NCBI GenBank assembly: GCA_945897515.1
Contig: CAMDFO010000016.1
Span: forward strand, 3,262-67,261
DNA: 64,000 nucleotides
DNA from: Rhodoplanes serenus
GTDB taxonomy: Bacteria > Pseudomonadota > Alphaproteobacteria > Rhizobiales > Xanthobacteraceae
Reading direction: 5' to 3'
In this document: positions 37,291 through 46,895 of the stretch, one piece after another
How the letters are laid out: the number at the start of each line of letters is the position of its first letter
How positions within the stretch are numbered: the first letter of the stretch is position 1
Position numbers and translations under genes: made by a program
Notes under the pieces: model-generated
Seen by the model: only the letters and a program-made list of their open reading frames with translations
Databases searched by the model: none
What the model was told of the DNA's origin: nothing

Positions 37291-38652
37291 TTATTCGGCC
37301 GCTACGTCGTTACGCGCGGCATACCGGCTCGGAGGTCGCGGCAGGCCGAGGTGCTCGCGCAGAGTACGCCCCTGATACTCCGTGCGGAACAGGCCGCGAC
37401 GCTGCAGCTCCGGGATCACCATACTGACGAAATCGTCGAGCGAGCCGGGCAGGAACGGCGGCATCACGTTGAAGCCGTCGCAGGCCTCCTCGACATACCA
37501 CTGCTCCATGTAGTCGACGATCTGCTTCGGCGTGCCCTTGATCACGCTTTTGCCGCGCGCGCCCGCGACCCGCATCGCAAGCTGCCGGATGGACAGGTTC
37601 TCCTTGCGCGCCATGTCGATCGCGGGCTGCATCGTGCTCTGGCTGCCGCCGGTCATGGGAATTTCGGGCAGCGGACCGTCGAACGGATATTTCGACAGAT
37701 CGAAGGCGCCGAGAATGGTGGAGAGGATTTCGCGCGCCACGATCGGATGGATCAGCGACTGCATATATTCGTATTTTTCATTCGCTTCGCTTTCGGTCTC
37801 GGCGACGAAGCAAGCGAGGCCCGGCATCACCTTGAGATGATCGGGGTTGCGGCCGAACTTGTCGGCGGCGCGGCTCTTCACCTCCTTGAAATACGTCTGG
37901 CAGGCCTCGATCGACCAGTGCGCGCTGAAGATCACTTCGGCGAAGCGCGCGGAGATGTCCATGCCGTCATTGGAGGTGCCGGCCTGCACGATCACCGGAT
38001 GGCCCTGCGGCGGCCGCGGCGTGTTGAGCGGACCTTTGACGCTGAAGTGTTTGCCCTGGTGATTAAGCGTGTGCAGCTTGGCCGGATCGAAATATTGCCC
38101 CGACGCCTTGTCGCGCACGAACGCGTCGTCGTCCCAGCTATCCCACAGCGCGACCACGACCTCGGCAAACTCGCGTGCGCGGTCATAGCGTTCGGCGTGG
38201 CCGAAATGCGCTTCGCGGTTGAAATTGTAGGCCTCGGCGAACGTGCCGGAGGTCACCAGATTCCAGCCGACGCGGCCGCCGCTGATGTGGTCCATGGTCG
38301 CGAACTTGCGGGCCACGTGGTACGGCTCGTAATAGCTGGTCGTTGCCGTGCACACGAGGCCGATGTGGCTCGTCACCGCCGACAGCGCCGCGATCAGGGT
38401 CATCGGCTCCAGGTTGGAAACGTACTGCGCTGACCGCGACAGCGCCTCCATGCTGGCCTCACGCATCGCCAGATTGTCGGCGAGAAACACCATGTCGAAC
38501 TTGCCGCGTTCGGCGGTCTTGGTGATCTCGACGTAGTGCTGGAAGTTGGCGTTGGCGTCGGCCTGCGCCTCCGGATGGCGCCAGGACGCCACATGATGGC
38601 CGGTCGGATTGAAAAAGGCGCCGAGCCGGAGCTGGCCTTGTCGCCTTGGCAT
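37291..38652 (-). CDS. LLM-class FMNH2-dependent monooxygenase, NtaA/DszA/SnaA family
   Basis: AERGKFDMVFLAD, GRVGWNLVTS, SWDDDA, PPQGHPVIVQAGTS, PELQRRGLFRTEY.GRTLRE. Confidence 0.94.
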   Translation of the reverse strand: MPRRQGQLRLGAFFNPTGHHVASWRHPEAQADANANFQHYVEITKTAERGKFDMVFLADNLAMREASMEALSRSAQYVSNLEPMTLIAALSAVTSHIGLVCTATTSYYEPYHVARKFATMDHISGGRVGWNLVTSGTFAEAYNFNREAHFGHAERYDRAREFAEVVVALWDSWDDDAFVRDKASGQYFDPAKLHTLNHQGKHFSVKGPLNTPRPPQGHPVIVQAGTSNDGMDISARFAEVIFSAHWSIEACQTYFKEVKSRAADKFGRNPDHLKVMPGLACFVAETESEANEKYEYMQSLIHPIVAREILSTILGAFDLSKYPFDGPLPEIPMTGGSQSTMQPAIDMARKENLSIRQLAMRVAGARGKSVIKGTPKQIVDYMEQWYVEEACDGFNVMPPFLPGSLDDFVSMVIPELQRRGLFRTEYQGRTLREHLGLPRPPSRYAARNDVAAE

Positions 38653-38714
38653 GATGGACTCCCTGTCGCCGAAACTTATCCCCGCGTGGCGACTCGGCGC
38701 AAGGCGGGTTCGTT

Positions 38715-40112
38715 TCAGGCGTTGAATCTCGCGATCGTCTCGGCAGCGCGCAATCCGATGGTGGCGTTGATCAGCCCGCCGACGTAGCCGGCGTGTGGGC
38801 CGCCGTTGAGCCCTCCGATGGTAGAGCCCGCGGCGTAGAGGCCCGGGATCGGCTTGCCGCCGGTGTCGAGCACCGCGGCGTCGCCGTTCACGACGATGCC
38901 GCCCATGGTGTTGGTGATCGCCGCGCAGATCGGCATGGCGTAGAACGGCGCTGTCCGGACCGGCCAGGGCTTGGCTTTGCCGATGCGCGGCGGAGAAAGT
39001 TTTGCCTGCGTGCCGGCGTCGATAGCGGCGTTGTATCCGTCGACCACATCCTGCAGCCGCTGCGGCGCGATGCCGATCAGGGCGGCCAGCATCGCGATCG
39101 TATCCGCGCGATGCAGCGTGCCGCCGACGTCCGGCAGCAGCGGATTGGGCGGCTGTGCGTGGTTGCGTCCGGGCCCCTCCCAGATCGCGTGGTCGAAGAT
39201 CGCGGTGGCGCTCAACGGATCGGCCAGCCGCGCGATGGCGTTCGACAGATAGACGCCGCCGTATCCTTCATCGGCGAACCGGCGGCCTTCGCCATCGATG
39301 ACGATGCCCGCGACCGCGAGGTCGTCGGCCTGCGGCCGCGGCCACAGCAGCGGATTGCTCATGGCGTCGCGGCTGTGCAGATGGCCGTAGAAATTCGGCA
39401 GGCCGGTGGTCGCGGCGCCGAACGCCTGCGCCATGCGAAGCCCATCGCCCATTGCAGTGCCGCCGTTGCGAGGCAAGAGCTTCTCCGGCGCCGGCGAGAT
39501 GTGTTGCCGCACCATCTCCATGTTGGCCTGGAAGCCGCCGTCGGCAATCACCACGGCGGGCGCGCGGAACCGGACCTTGCCCTGCGCCTGCGCGGCGTGG
39601 ATTTCGATGTCGGCGCCCGCGCGTTCAAGCGCGCTGGCGCGCGTGCCGCGCAGGATCGCGCCGCCTCGCTTGGTCAGGTTGGCTTCGAGCTTTCGCAGCG
39701 TGACATCGCCGGCGTAGCCATCCCATTTGAAGCCCGCGCCGCTGCGCCAGACCGGCGACAGCACGTTGGTGTGGTACTGGCCGAGATTGACCAGCTCGAT
39801 GCCTTCGCCGCGAAGCCACTGCATCAGCCGGACGCCGTATTGTGCGACGGTGCGCGCCAGATCCTTGCGAGCGAAGCCCTCGGTGCAAGCCTCGATCGCG
39901 GCGACGAGCTTGTCCTCGCCCACCATCACGTCGGTGAGGCTGATGTGGAACGTGCCGTAGGTGTAGCGCGAGTTGCAGAGATATTTCTCCGCGGTGCCTT
40001 TCTCCAGCACGACGACGCGCTTGCCGAGCTCCGCGGCCCGGTTGGCCGCGACCAGCCCGGCGATGCCGCCGCCGATCACGATGACGTCGAAGCTTGTAGG
40101 GTCGTCGGCCAT
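38715..40112 (-). CDS. FAD-binding dehydrogenase (fumarate reductase / flavocytochrome c / TcuA / KstD-like)
   Basis: DVIVIGGGIAG, IADGGF, GDG, GRRFADE, TMGGI, PIPGLYAAG. Confidence 0.88.
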   Translation of the reverse strand: MADDPTSFDVIVIGGGIAGLVAANRAAELGKRVVVLEKGTAEKYLCNSRYTYGTFHISLTDVMVGEDKLVAAIEACTEGFARKDLARTVAQYGVRLMQWLRGEGIELVNLGQYHTNVLSPVWRSGAGFKWDGYAGDVTLRKLEANLTKRGGAILRGTRASALERAGADIEIHAAQAQGKVRFRAPAVVIADGGFQANMEMVRQHISPAPEKLLPRNGGTAMGDGLRMAQAFGAATTGLPNFYGHLHSRDAMSNPLLWPRPQADDLAVAGIVIDGEGRRFADEGYGGVYLSNAIARLADPLSATAIFDHAIWEGPGRNHAQPPNPLLPDVGGTLHRADTIAMLAALIGIAPQRLQDVVDGYNAAIDAGTQAKLSPPRIGKAKPWPVRTAPFYAMPICAAITNTMGGIVVNGDAAVLDTGGKPIPGLYAAGSTIGGLNGGPHAGYVGGLINATIGLRAAETIARFNA

Positions 40113-40174
40113 TTCCATTCCTTGCCTTGATCCGCCTGCGTTGCCCGCGCGGCCTTAAGGTAGGCTATAGCACC

Positions 40175-40261
40175 GTCATGCCCGGCCTTGTGCCGGGCAT
40201 CCACGTCTTACTTTCCTAAGTGAAGCAGGACGTGGATGGCCGGGACAAGCCCGGCCATGAC
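40175..40261. repeat. REP-type palindromic element (GTCATGCCCGG subfamily)
   Basis: GTCATGCCCGGCCTTGTGCCGGGCATCCACGTC...GACGTGGATGGCCGGGACAAGCCCGGCCATGAC. Confidence 0.92.
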
Positions 40262-40287
40262 GCGGTTAGAGCGGCATGCGCAGCGGC

Positions 40288-41511
40288 TCACACCGCGATC
40301 CGCTGGAAATCCATCGGGAACGTGTGCATCCGCTTTGCGCCCGTTTCGGTGATCTCCACCGTCTCGGCAAACACGCACCCCGTTTTCCCCTCGCGCCATT
40401 TCGGATCGAACAGGTCGATGTTGAACGCGAACACCATGCCGGGCTCGAAGCGGTCGCCGACCACCTTGATGGCCTCGCGGTCGGCCGCAATGGCATGGTG
40501 GCGGTAGCGCGGATATTCCAGCGAGGCGAGACCGTGGCCGTGGATGCCGGCCTCGCAAATTCCCAAGCCCCGGGAATCGATCTCGTCCTTCACCGCTTCG
40601 AGCGCGGTCGAGATCGTCCGGCCGGGGCCGAAGTTTTCCATCCCGCGGTTGTAGGCGGCGACGCAGCCTTCATAAATTTCGATCTGCTTCGTCTCCGGCT
40701 CGCCGAGGCAATAGGTGCGCTCGACGTGGGTGAAGTAGCCGCCGAACTTCGGATGCATCTCGCAGATGATGAGATCGCCGCGCTCCATCGGCCGCATGGT
40801 CGGTACGCGGAACGGATGCGGATAGGGATAGCGGTCGCAGTTCCAGAGAAACAGCGTCGGCTCTTCGCCGCCGTTCGCCACCATCGCCTGCATCATGCCG
40901 GCATACACCTCGCACTCCTTGACGCCGGGCCGCGCGATATCGCGGCAGGTCGACAGCATCAGGTCGCCGAGGTTCGCGGCCTTGCGCAGGGTGTCGAGCT
41001 CCTCGGCGCTCTTGATCGAGCGAATCTTCTCCAGCATGTCGTCCATGGCGACGAGCTTGGCATTCGGAAGCAGCGACGTCAGCCGGTTGTAGACGTCGAG
41101 CGGCAGCCAGCCGTCGGGATCGAGCGGGCCGGCGAGCCCGTCCATGCCGATCTTGCCGTTCTCAAGCTTGAGCTCTTTGATCCGATTGAACACCGAGTCC
41201 GCCCAGGTCTTGGTGCGCGGCCGGATGTCGGACACCCAGTCCTGCGCGGCGCGCCAGCCTTCCAGGAACGTCGGCATCTGCACGATCGAGGTCGGCTCGC
41301 CGACGGCCGGAAACACCACCACGTTGAATTCCGCGTTGCCGCCGATCGGCGAGAGATAGCGCGCGTTGGCGGTGTAGAAGTCCCACATCATCGGCCAGCC
41401 CCACAGCACGATGGCGTCGAGCCCGCGCGCCGCCATGTCCTTGCGCACAGCGGCATAGCGACGATCGCGCTCCTTGATGGAGAGGCGGGGGAGTTCGAGT
41501 GTGGGACGCAT
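40288..41511 (-). CDS. M24 (Xaa-Pro peptidase / creatinase) family protein
   Basis: Creatinase N-domain, IKSAEE, RPGVKE, GGYFTHVERT, HGHGL, FEPGMVF; start trimmed to MRPTLE. Confidence 0.88.
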   Translation of the reverse strand: MRPTLELPRLSIKERDRRYAAVRKDMAARGLDAIVLWGWPMMWDFYTANARYLSPIGGNAEFNVVVFPAVGEPTSIVQMPTFLEGWRAAQDWVSDIRPRTKTWADSVFNRIKELKLENGKIGMDGLAGPLDPDGWLPLDVYNRLTSLLPNAKLVAMDDMLEKIRSIKSAEELDTLRKAANLGDLMLSTCRDIARPGVKECEVYAGMMQAMVANGGEEPTLFLWNCDRYPYPHPFRVPTMRPMERGDLIICEMHPKFGGYFTHVERTYCLGEPETKQIEIYEGCVAAYNRGMENFGPGRTISTALEAVKDEIDSRGLGICEAGIHGHGLASLEYPRYRHHAIAADREAIKVVGDRFEPGMVFAFNIDLFDPKWREGKTGCVFAETVEITETGAKRMHTFPMDFQRIAV

Positions 41512-41530
41512 GGTAGGTCTCGCTATTTTC

Positions 41531-41611
41531 GTCATGGCCGGGCTTGTCCCGGCCATCCACGTCTTGGCAACGGTGTAAGACGTGGATGCCCGGCACAAGG
41601 CCGGGCATGAC
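41531..41611. repeat. REP-type palindromic element (GTCATGGCCGGG subfamily)
   Basis: GTCATGGCCGGGCTTGTCCCGGCCATCCACGTC...GACGTGGATGCCCGGCACAAGGCCGGGCATGAC. Confidence 0.92.
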
Positions 41612-41622
41612 GGGGTAAGAGC

Positions 41623-42591
41623 TTAAGCGGCTTGCTTCAACATCTTCAGGGTCGCGAGATAATCCGCGATGCCTTTTTCCAGATCGTACTCCGGCCGGTA
41701 GCCCAGTTCGTCGCGTGCCCGCGAAATGTCGTACACACCGGTTGCCGGATACGGAAAGCCGTAGAAATTCAGCCCGCCGCCGATTTCCATCTGCGCGTTC
41801 GGGATGTGCTTCTTGATGACGCGCTCGAAGTCGCGCAGCGTCACGCCTGTGCCGGTGCCGATGTTGTAGACCCGGCTCTTGATCTTGTCCGCGACGGTCG
41901 CGAGATAGATGCCGAGCGCCGAGTCCTTGTTGTAGATGAAGTCGTCCTTGTCGTCGCCGCCCTGTTCCAGCTTGAACGGCAGACCGTTCGCCGGGTTCTC
42001 GACGATGCGGCTCATCACCGCCATCGGCCCGTGCCGCGCGGTCTTGCCGGGGCCGTAGGTCGAGGCGAAGCGCAGCGACACCGTCTCGATGCCCATGTTG
42101 TCGTTGTAATAGGCGCAGACGTTCTCGCCCATGAACTTCGCCGAATCGTAGATGCGCTTCGGCTTCGCGGGCAAATCCTCCGACATCGGCTTCCAAGTCG
42201 GCGAGCCGTATTCGCCGAGCGTCGGGCCATAGACGCCCTTCGCGCTGGTGAACACCACGCGCTTCACGTTGAGCGCGCGCGACGCCTCCAGCACGTTGAC
42301 CAGGCCCATCACGTTAACTTGGATGCTGAGCGCGGGATTTGCCGCCGACACCGCGCCGACGAACGCCGCCGCGTGCACCACGTGCGTCACCTGGTGCTTC
42401 TTGATCGCCTGCAGGATGCGCGGCATGTCGAGCACGTCGCCCTGCTCGAAGTCGATCTTGTCGGCGATGTCGGGGATCAGCGAGTTGTCGCGGTTGCGTC
42501 CGAACACCACCGGCCGGTGGCCTTCACGCACGAACTTGCGGCTGGTCTCAGCGCCGATGACGCCCATGCCGCCGGTGATCAGGACTTTCAT
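41623..42591 (-). CDS. NAD-dependent epimerase/dehydratase (extended SDR)
   Basis: TGGMGVIG, HAAA, YDSAK, YGPG, YNIGTG. Confidence 0.92.
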   Translation of the reverse strand: MKVLITGGMGVIGAETSRKFVREGHRPVVFGRNRDNSLIPDIADKIDFEQGDVLDMPRILQAIKKHQVTHVVHAAAFVGAVSAANPALSIQVNVMGLVNVLEASRALNVKRVVFTSAKGVYGPTLGEYGSPTWKPMSEDLPAKPKRIYDSAKFMGENVCAYYNDNMGIETVSLRFASTYGPGKTARHGPMAVMSRIVENPANGLPFKLEQGGDDKDDFIYNKDSALGIYLATVADKIKSRVYNIGTGTGVTLRDFERVIKKHIPNAQMEIGGGLNFYGFPYPATGVYDISRARDELGYRPEYDLEKGIADYLATLKMLKQAA

Positions 42592-42598
42592 GGATGCC

Positions 42599-43585
42599 TC
42601 ACTCGACCTTGGCGCCGACCGCCTTGATCAGCGTGCTCCAGTGCTTGAGATCGCTCTCGATCAGTTCGCCGAACTTCTGGGGCGAGAGGTCGACGCGCTC
42701 GAACGCATTGGCTTTGAAGAAATCTCGCGATTGCGGCAGGTCCAGAACCTTCGCCACGTCGGCATGAATCTTGGCGACCAGTTCGCGCGGCATGTTCGGC
42801 GGTCCCCACAGCGCGAACCACACCGAGGTCTGGAATCCCGGCACCCCGGATTCGGCGATGGTCGGAAGGTCCGGACGCGCGGCCAGCCGCTTCTCGGTGG
42901 CGGCGGCCAGAATCTTCACCTTGCCGGTCTTCTCATGCGCCTCGATGCTGGAAAGGTTCAGCAGCAGCATCGAGATGTCGCCCGCGAGCAGGCCGGTCGA
43001 CGCCGGCGCGGCGCCGCGATACGGAATGTGCACGATGTCGGTGCCGGTGCGCTGCTTGAAGTCCTCCATGCTGAGGTGCGCGTAGGTGCCGACGCCATAG
43101 GAGCCGTAGTTCAGCTTGCCGGGCTGGGACTTGGCGAACGCGATCAGGTCTTTCACGTTGCCCGCCTGGATGGATGGATTCACCACCAGAACCGGCGAGG
43201 CCCGGCACAGCACGATGATCGGCGTGAACTCCTTCGGATCGTAGTTCAGCTTGGCGATCAGCGCGGGATTGGCGGTGAACGTGGAATCCGGCGCGACCAA
43301 CAGTGTGTAACCGTCGCCCGGCGAGCGTGAGACCGCCTGCGCGCCGACGCCGTAGTTGCCGCCGGGACGATTGTCGACAATCACCGTCTGGCCCCATAGT
43401 TCGCCGAGCCGCTGCCCCACGATCCGCGCCATGGTGTCGGTGACGCCTCCGGCCGGGACCGGCACGATCAGCCTCACGTTCTGGTTCGGAAAATTCTGCG
43501 CGGTTGCCGATGACGTCGCGAAGATGGCCACACCGGTCAGCAGCGCGACGGCGGCCGAACGGGCTCTGGTGGTGATGTCCAACAT
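42599..43585 (-). CDS. Bug/TctC family substrate-binding protein
   Basis: IVPVPAGGVTD, DNRPGG, DGYTL, HIPYRGA. Confidence 0.95.
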   Translation of the reverse strand: MLDITTRARSAAVALLTGVAIFATSSATAQNFPNQNVRLIVPVPAGGVTDTMARIVGQRLGELWGQTVIVDNRPGGNYGVGAQAVSRSPGDGYTLLVAPDSTFTANPALIAKLNYDPKEFTPIIVLCRASPVLVVNPSIQAGNVKDLIAFAKSQPGKLNYGSYGVGTYAHLSMEDFKQRTGTDIVHIPYRGAAPASTGLLAGDISMLLLNLSSIEAHEKTGKVKILAAATEKRLAARPDLPTIAESGVPGFQTSVWFALWGPPNMPRELVAKIHADVAKVLDLPQSRDFFKANAFERVDLSPQKFGELIESDLKHWSTLIKAVGAKVE

Positions 43586-43626
43586 TGGATGTCCTCCCTT
43601 GGCGTTTTCTTCTATGGACTATGCGC

Positions 43627-44139
43627 TTAGCGCGCGCTGGCGGTGCCGAGCACCGGCTTGCCGATGCCGAGCGGCTCGGCGTCGATCAGAACGAAGGCGA
43701 CGCGGGCGCGCTTGTCGCTGCGGTTGGCCCAGCCGTGGTTGGTGCCGCGCTGGATCATGATATCGCCCTGCTTCAGCTTCACCGTCGAAGCGTCCATCTC
43801 CATCTCGATCTCGCCCTCGATCACGATGACGTAGTCGATGGTCTCGGTGCGGTGCATGTGCGGGTGATTGCCCGGCGGGAAATCGATCACCGCGAACCGC
43901 GTTCCCTTCGGCGGCGGCGCCGTGCCGAGGATGCGCGCGCCAAAATCCTCGGCCTGCTCGCCGATAGGCATGGTCGAGGGCGCGCTGTCGGTGCACCACA
44001 TCATGGTGGAGACCAAGCCGGCCTGCGGGAATTTTGAATTTGTCGCGGGCGCGTCGATCAGCACCTTGGCGACGTTGTTGGCGTCGTGGCCGGTCACCAC
44101 GCGGCGGATCGGCGGATAGTTCGGCTTGTCGTCGGCCAT
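43627..44139 (-). CDS. Cupin domain protein
   Basis: RRVVTGHD, MHRTETIDY, GDIMIQRGTNHGW. Confidence 0.92.
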   Translation of the reverse strand: MADDKPNYPPIRRVVTGHDANNVAKVLIDAPATNSKFPQAGLVSTMMWCTDSAPSTMPIGEQAEDFGARILGTAPPPKGTRFAVIDFPPGNHPHMHRTETIDYVIVIEGEIEMEMDASTVKLKQGDIMIQRGTNHGWANRSDKRARVAFVLIDAEPLGIGKPVLGTASAR

Positions 44140-44169
44140 TTCAAACGCACTCCGTTACTGGCAGCAGCA

Positions 44170-45135
44170 TTATGAGGCTGGCCGCACCACGTTGACCATA
44201 TCCTTGAGGTTGCCGGCCAGGAAGGCGCGCATGTTCTGCTTCAGGATCGGCATGGCGAGGTCGACATAGACGTCGCAGAATCCGCCCTGATGAGTCGTGA
44301 TGATGACGTTCGGGAACGACCACAGCGGGCTGTCCGGCGGCAGCGGCTCGTGGTTGAACACGTCGAGCGCCGCGCCCGCGATCTGCTTGCTTCGCAGCGC
44401 CTCGATCAGCGCGTCCTCGTCGACCACGCCGCCGCGCGCCACGTTGATGAAATAGCAGGTGGGCTTGAGCGCCGCGAACACCTTGGCGTCGATCATGTTG
44501 TGGGTGGCGGGCGAATACGGCGTCAGCAGCACGAAATAATCGAGCTCCGGCAGCACGGCGTGCAGTTCGTCGATACCGTGGACGCGGTCGAAGCCCGGTA
44601 CGTCACGCGGCTTCGAGGTGATGCCGACCACCTTCATGCCGAGCGCCTTGCACTTCGGCGCCAGCGCCTCGGCGATCACGCCGATGCCGAGGATGCCGAC
44701 GGTCTTCTCGTGCAGCAGCTTGGCCGGCCAGCGGCCCCAAGTCTGTGTCGCCTGCTGGCGCACGAATTGCGGGATGTCGCGGCTGAGCGCGAACATGCCG
44801 GCCAGCGCCGCCTCCGACACCGGCGCGCCGTGCACGCCATGCAGGCTGGTGACGGTGACGGAGGGTTTCAGCGCCGGCTGGTCGGTGATGCCGTCTAGGC
44901 CGGTGCCGAGCGCCTGCACCCATTTCAGGTTGGCGGCGTCTTTGATGTCGATCGAGAGGTTCTTCATCATCTGCCCGAAGGTGAGCAGGATATCGGCCTG
45001 GCCGATGACCGGGGCGAGCTTGTCCTTTTGCGCCACCACGTCGATCTGCAACTCGGGGAATAGCCGGCTTAAGCGCGCGCGGTACTGCTCGGTGACGTCA
45101 GGCGGTAGCGTGAGAAGGATCAGCAGACGGGGCAT
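44170..45135 (-). CDS. D-2-hydroxyacid dehydrogenase
   Basis: GIGVIA, INVARGGVVDE, AALDVF.HEPLP, TTHQGG; start MPRLLI. Confidence 0.92.
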   Translation of the reverse strand: MPRLLILLTLPPDVTEQYRARLSRLFPELQIDVVAQKDKLAPVIGQADILLTFGQMMKNLSIDIKDAANLKWVQALGTGLDGITDQPALKPSVTVTSLHGVHGAPVSEAALAGMFALSRDIPQFVRQQATQTWGRWPAKLLHEKTVGILGIGVIAEALAPKCKALGMKVVGITSKPRDVPGFDRVHGIDELHAVLPELDYFVLLTPYSPATHNMIDAKVFAALKPTCYFINVARGGVVDEDALIEALRSKQIAGAALDVFNHEPLPPDSPLWSFPNVIITTHQGGFCDVYVDLAMPILKQNMRAFLAGNLKDMVNVVRPAS

Positions 45136-45230
45136 TGCAGATTTCCTGGCGGGCGGGCCAGCGAACAAATCACCCGGTCCGCCGCAAGGCAAGGGCAACG
45201 GCCCACCGGGCCGACCTGAGCGAGGTTCCG

Positions 45231-46049
45231 TCACACCGTCGCGGGCTCGCTCGCCTCCTGGTGCCAGACCAGCAGCCGCCGCCGCAGCACCGCCATCAGC
45301 TTGACCAGCACGTAACCGACGATTGCGATCTCGACCAGCGCCGCGAACACGCCGCGCGAGTCGGCGAAGCGCGAGGACGTCATCATCGCGCCGCCGAGGC
45401 CGTAGCCTCCCATCGCCATCTCGGCGACGATCGCGACGATCAGCGCGATCGGCAGCGCGACCTGTAACCCGGTGAGGATTTGCGGCAAGGCAGCGGGCAG
45501 AACCACCTGCCACATCACCTCCCGCTTGCTGGCGCCCATGTTGCGCGCCGACCAGATCAGCTCCTTCTCGACGCCCTGGATGCCGATGATGGTGGCCGTC
45601 ACCACCGGGAAGATGGCGTCGAACACCACCATCGAAATCTTCGATACGTCGTAGACGCCTAACCACAGGATCACGATCGGCAGGAACGCGATCTTCGGCA
45701 TCGGAAAGCCGACCGAGATGATCGGATCGAAGAACCAGCGCGCCACCGCGCTGCGCGAGATCGCCATGCCGAGCATGATGCCGGCCACCGCCGCGATCAG
45801 AAATCCGACGACCGCACGGTACAGCGTCAGGCCGACGTTGAGCCAGAGGTCGCCGGAGGCGTCGATCCAGATGCGCTCCAGCACCGCGCTGAGCGGCGGC
45901 AGAACGAACATCGTCACGGCGCCCGAACGCGCGAACAGTTCCCAGCCGACCAGCAGCAGCACCACCACCGACGAGCGCGCGACGACGAGACCGGCCGCGC
46001 TGAAGAAGCGCGCGGCGTCGATCGGTTCGGCGTGCGCTACTCCCGCCAT
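45231..46049 (-). CDS. ABC transporter permease, TauC/SsuC family
   Basis: PKIAFLP, SARNMGA, LPAALPQILTGL, VAEM. Confidence 0.92.
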   Translation of the reverse strand: MAGVAHAEPIDAARFFSAAGLVVARSSVVVLLLVGWELFARSGAVTMFVLPPLSAVLERIWIDASGDLWLNVGLTLYRAVVGFLIAAVAGIMLGMAISRSAVARWFFDPIISVGFPMPKIAFLPIVILWLGVYDVSKISMVVFDAIFPVVTATIIGIQGVEKELIWSARNMGASKREVMWQVVLPAALPQILTGLQVALPIALIVAIVAEMAMGGYGLGGAMMTSSRFADSRGVFAALVEIAIVGYVLVKLMAVLRRRLLVWHQEASEPATV

Positions 46050-46777
46050 GCCAGCACCCGGTTCATCAGCATCTGGTAGACCCGGTCGGCGGCGAAGCCG
46101 AGGAACGCCACGGTGAGCACCACGGCGTACATGCCCTCGTAGGCGCCGCTGGCGCCGAGGAAGCCGATCAGGTAGCCGAAGCCCTTCTGCGACACGATCA
46201 GCTCGGAGCTGACCAGCAGGATGAACGACAGCGCCAGCGCGGTGCGGATGCCGTTGAGCATTTCCGGCATCGCGCTCGGCACCACCACGTCCCACAGCAT
46301 GCGCAGCCTTCCCGCGCCCATGCTGCGCGCGGACCAGACCAGAGCGCGGTCGCTGCCGCGCGCGCCGTTGAACGCGCCGATCGTGACCGGCAGCATGCAG
46401 CCGAGGAAGATCAATAGGATTTTCGAGCCGTCGCCAAAGCCGAGCCAGATCACCGTCACCGGGATCAGCGCCGACTTCGGCATCGGGTAGAAGATTTCGA
46501 CCAGCGGCGAGAGCACGATGTTGAGCGGCCGCCACCACGCCATGAAGATGCCGAGCGCGGCGCCGATCACGATCGAGAGCCCGAGGCCCATGCCGGCGCG
46601 GTAGAGCGACGCCGCGCCGTTGGTGATCAGGTCGCCGTCCTTGACCAGCTCGATCCAGGCCTCGGCAACAGCGGTCAGCGAGGGCAGGGCGAGCGCGGAG
46701 ACCAGTTCCAGCCGCGCGGCGATCTCCCAGAACATCGCGAGGAGAAGAAGGGGGAGATAGCGGAGGAGCAATTGCAC
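46037..46777 (-). CDS. ABC transporter permease, TauC/SsuC family
   Basis: PKSALIP, WLGFGD, SARSMGA, VPSAMPEMLNGIR. Confidence 0.92.
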   Translation of the reverse strand: MQLLLRYLPLLLLAMFWEIAARLELVSALALPSLTAVAEAWIELVKDGDLITNGAASLYRAGMGLGLSIVIGAALGIFMAWWRPLNIVLSPLVEIFYPMPKSALIPVTVIWLGFGDGSKILLIFLGCMLPVTIGAFNGARGSDRALVWSARSMGAGRLRMLWDVVVPSAMPEMLNGIRTALALSFILLVSSELIVSQKGFGYLIGFLGASGAYEGMYAVVLTVAFLGFAADRVYQMLMNRVLAWRE

Positions 46778-46797
46778 TATCGTCCCCCCATTCTCGC

Positions 46798-46871
46798 TGT
46801 CATCGTCCGCGAAAGCGGACGATCCAGTCCTGTGTCAAGCACTGGATGCCCCGCTTTCGCGGGGCATGACA
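46798..46871. repeat. REP-type palindromic element (GTCATCGTCCGCGAA subfamily), inside an ABC operon
   Basis: TGTCATCGTCCGCGAAAGCGGACGATCCAG...CTGGATGCCCCGCTTTCGCGGGGCATGACA. Confidence 0.92.
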
Positions 46872-46895
46872 CCGATATTGTGGCGCGAGGAAAGC

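Noticed and set aside
41512-41598. In-frame N-terminal extension of the M24 gene through a REP (likewise 52130-52186 for a Bug gene)
   Set aside because: The extension is translated REP sequence with no support as coding; downstream starts fit the families.
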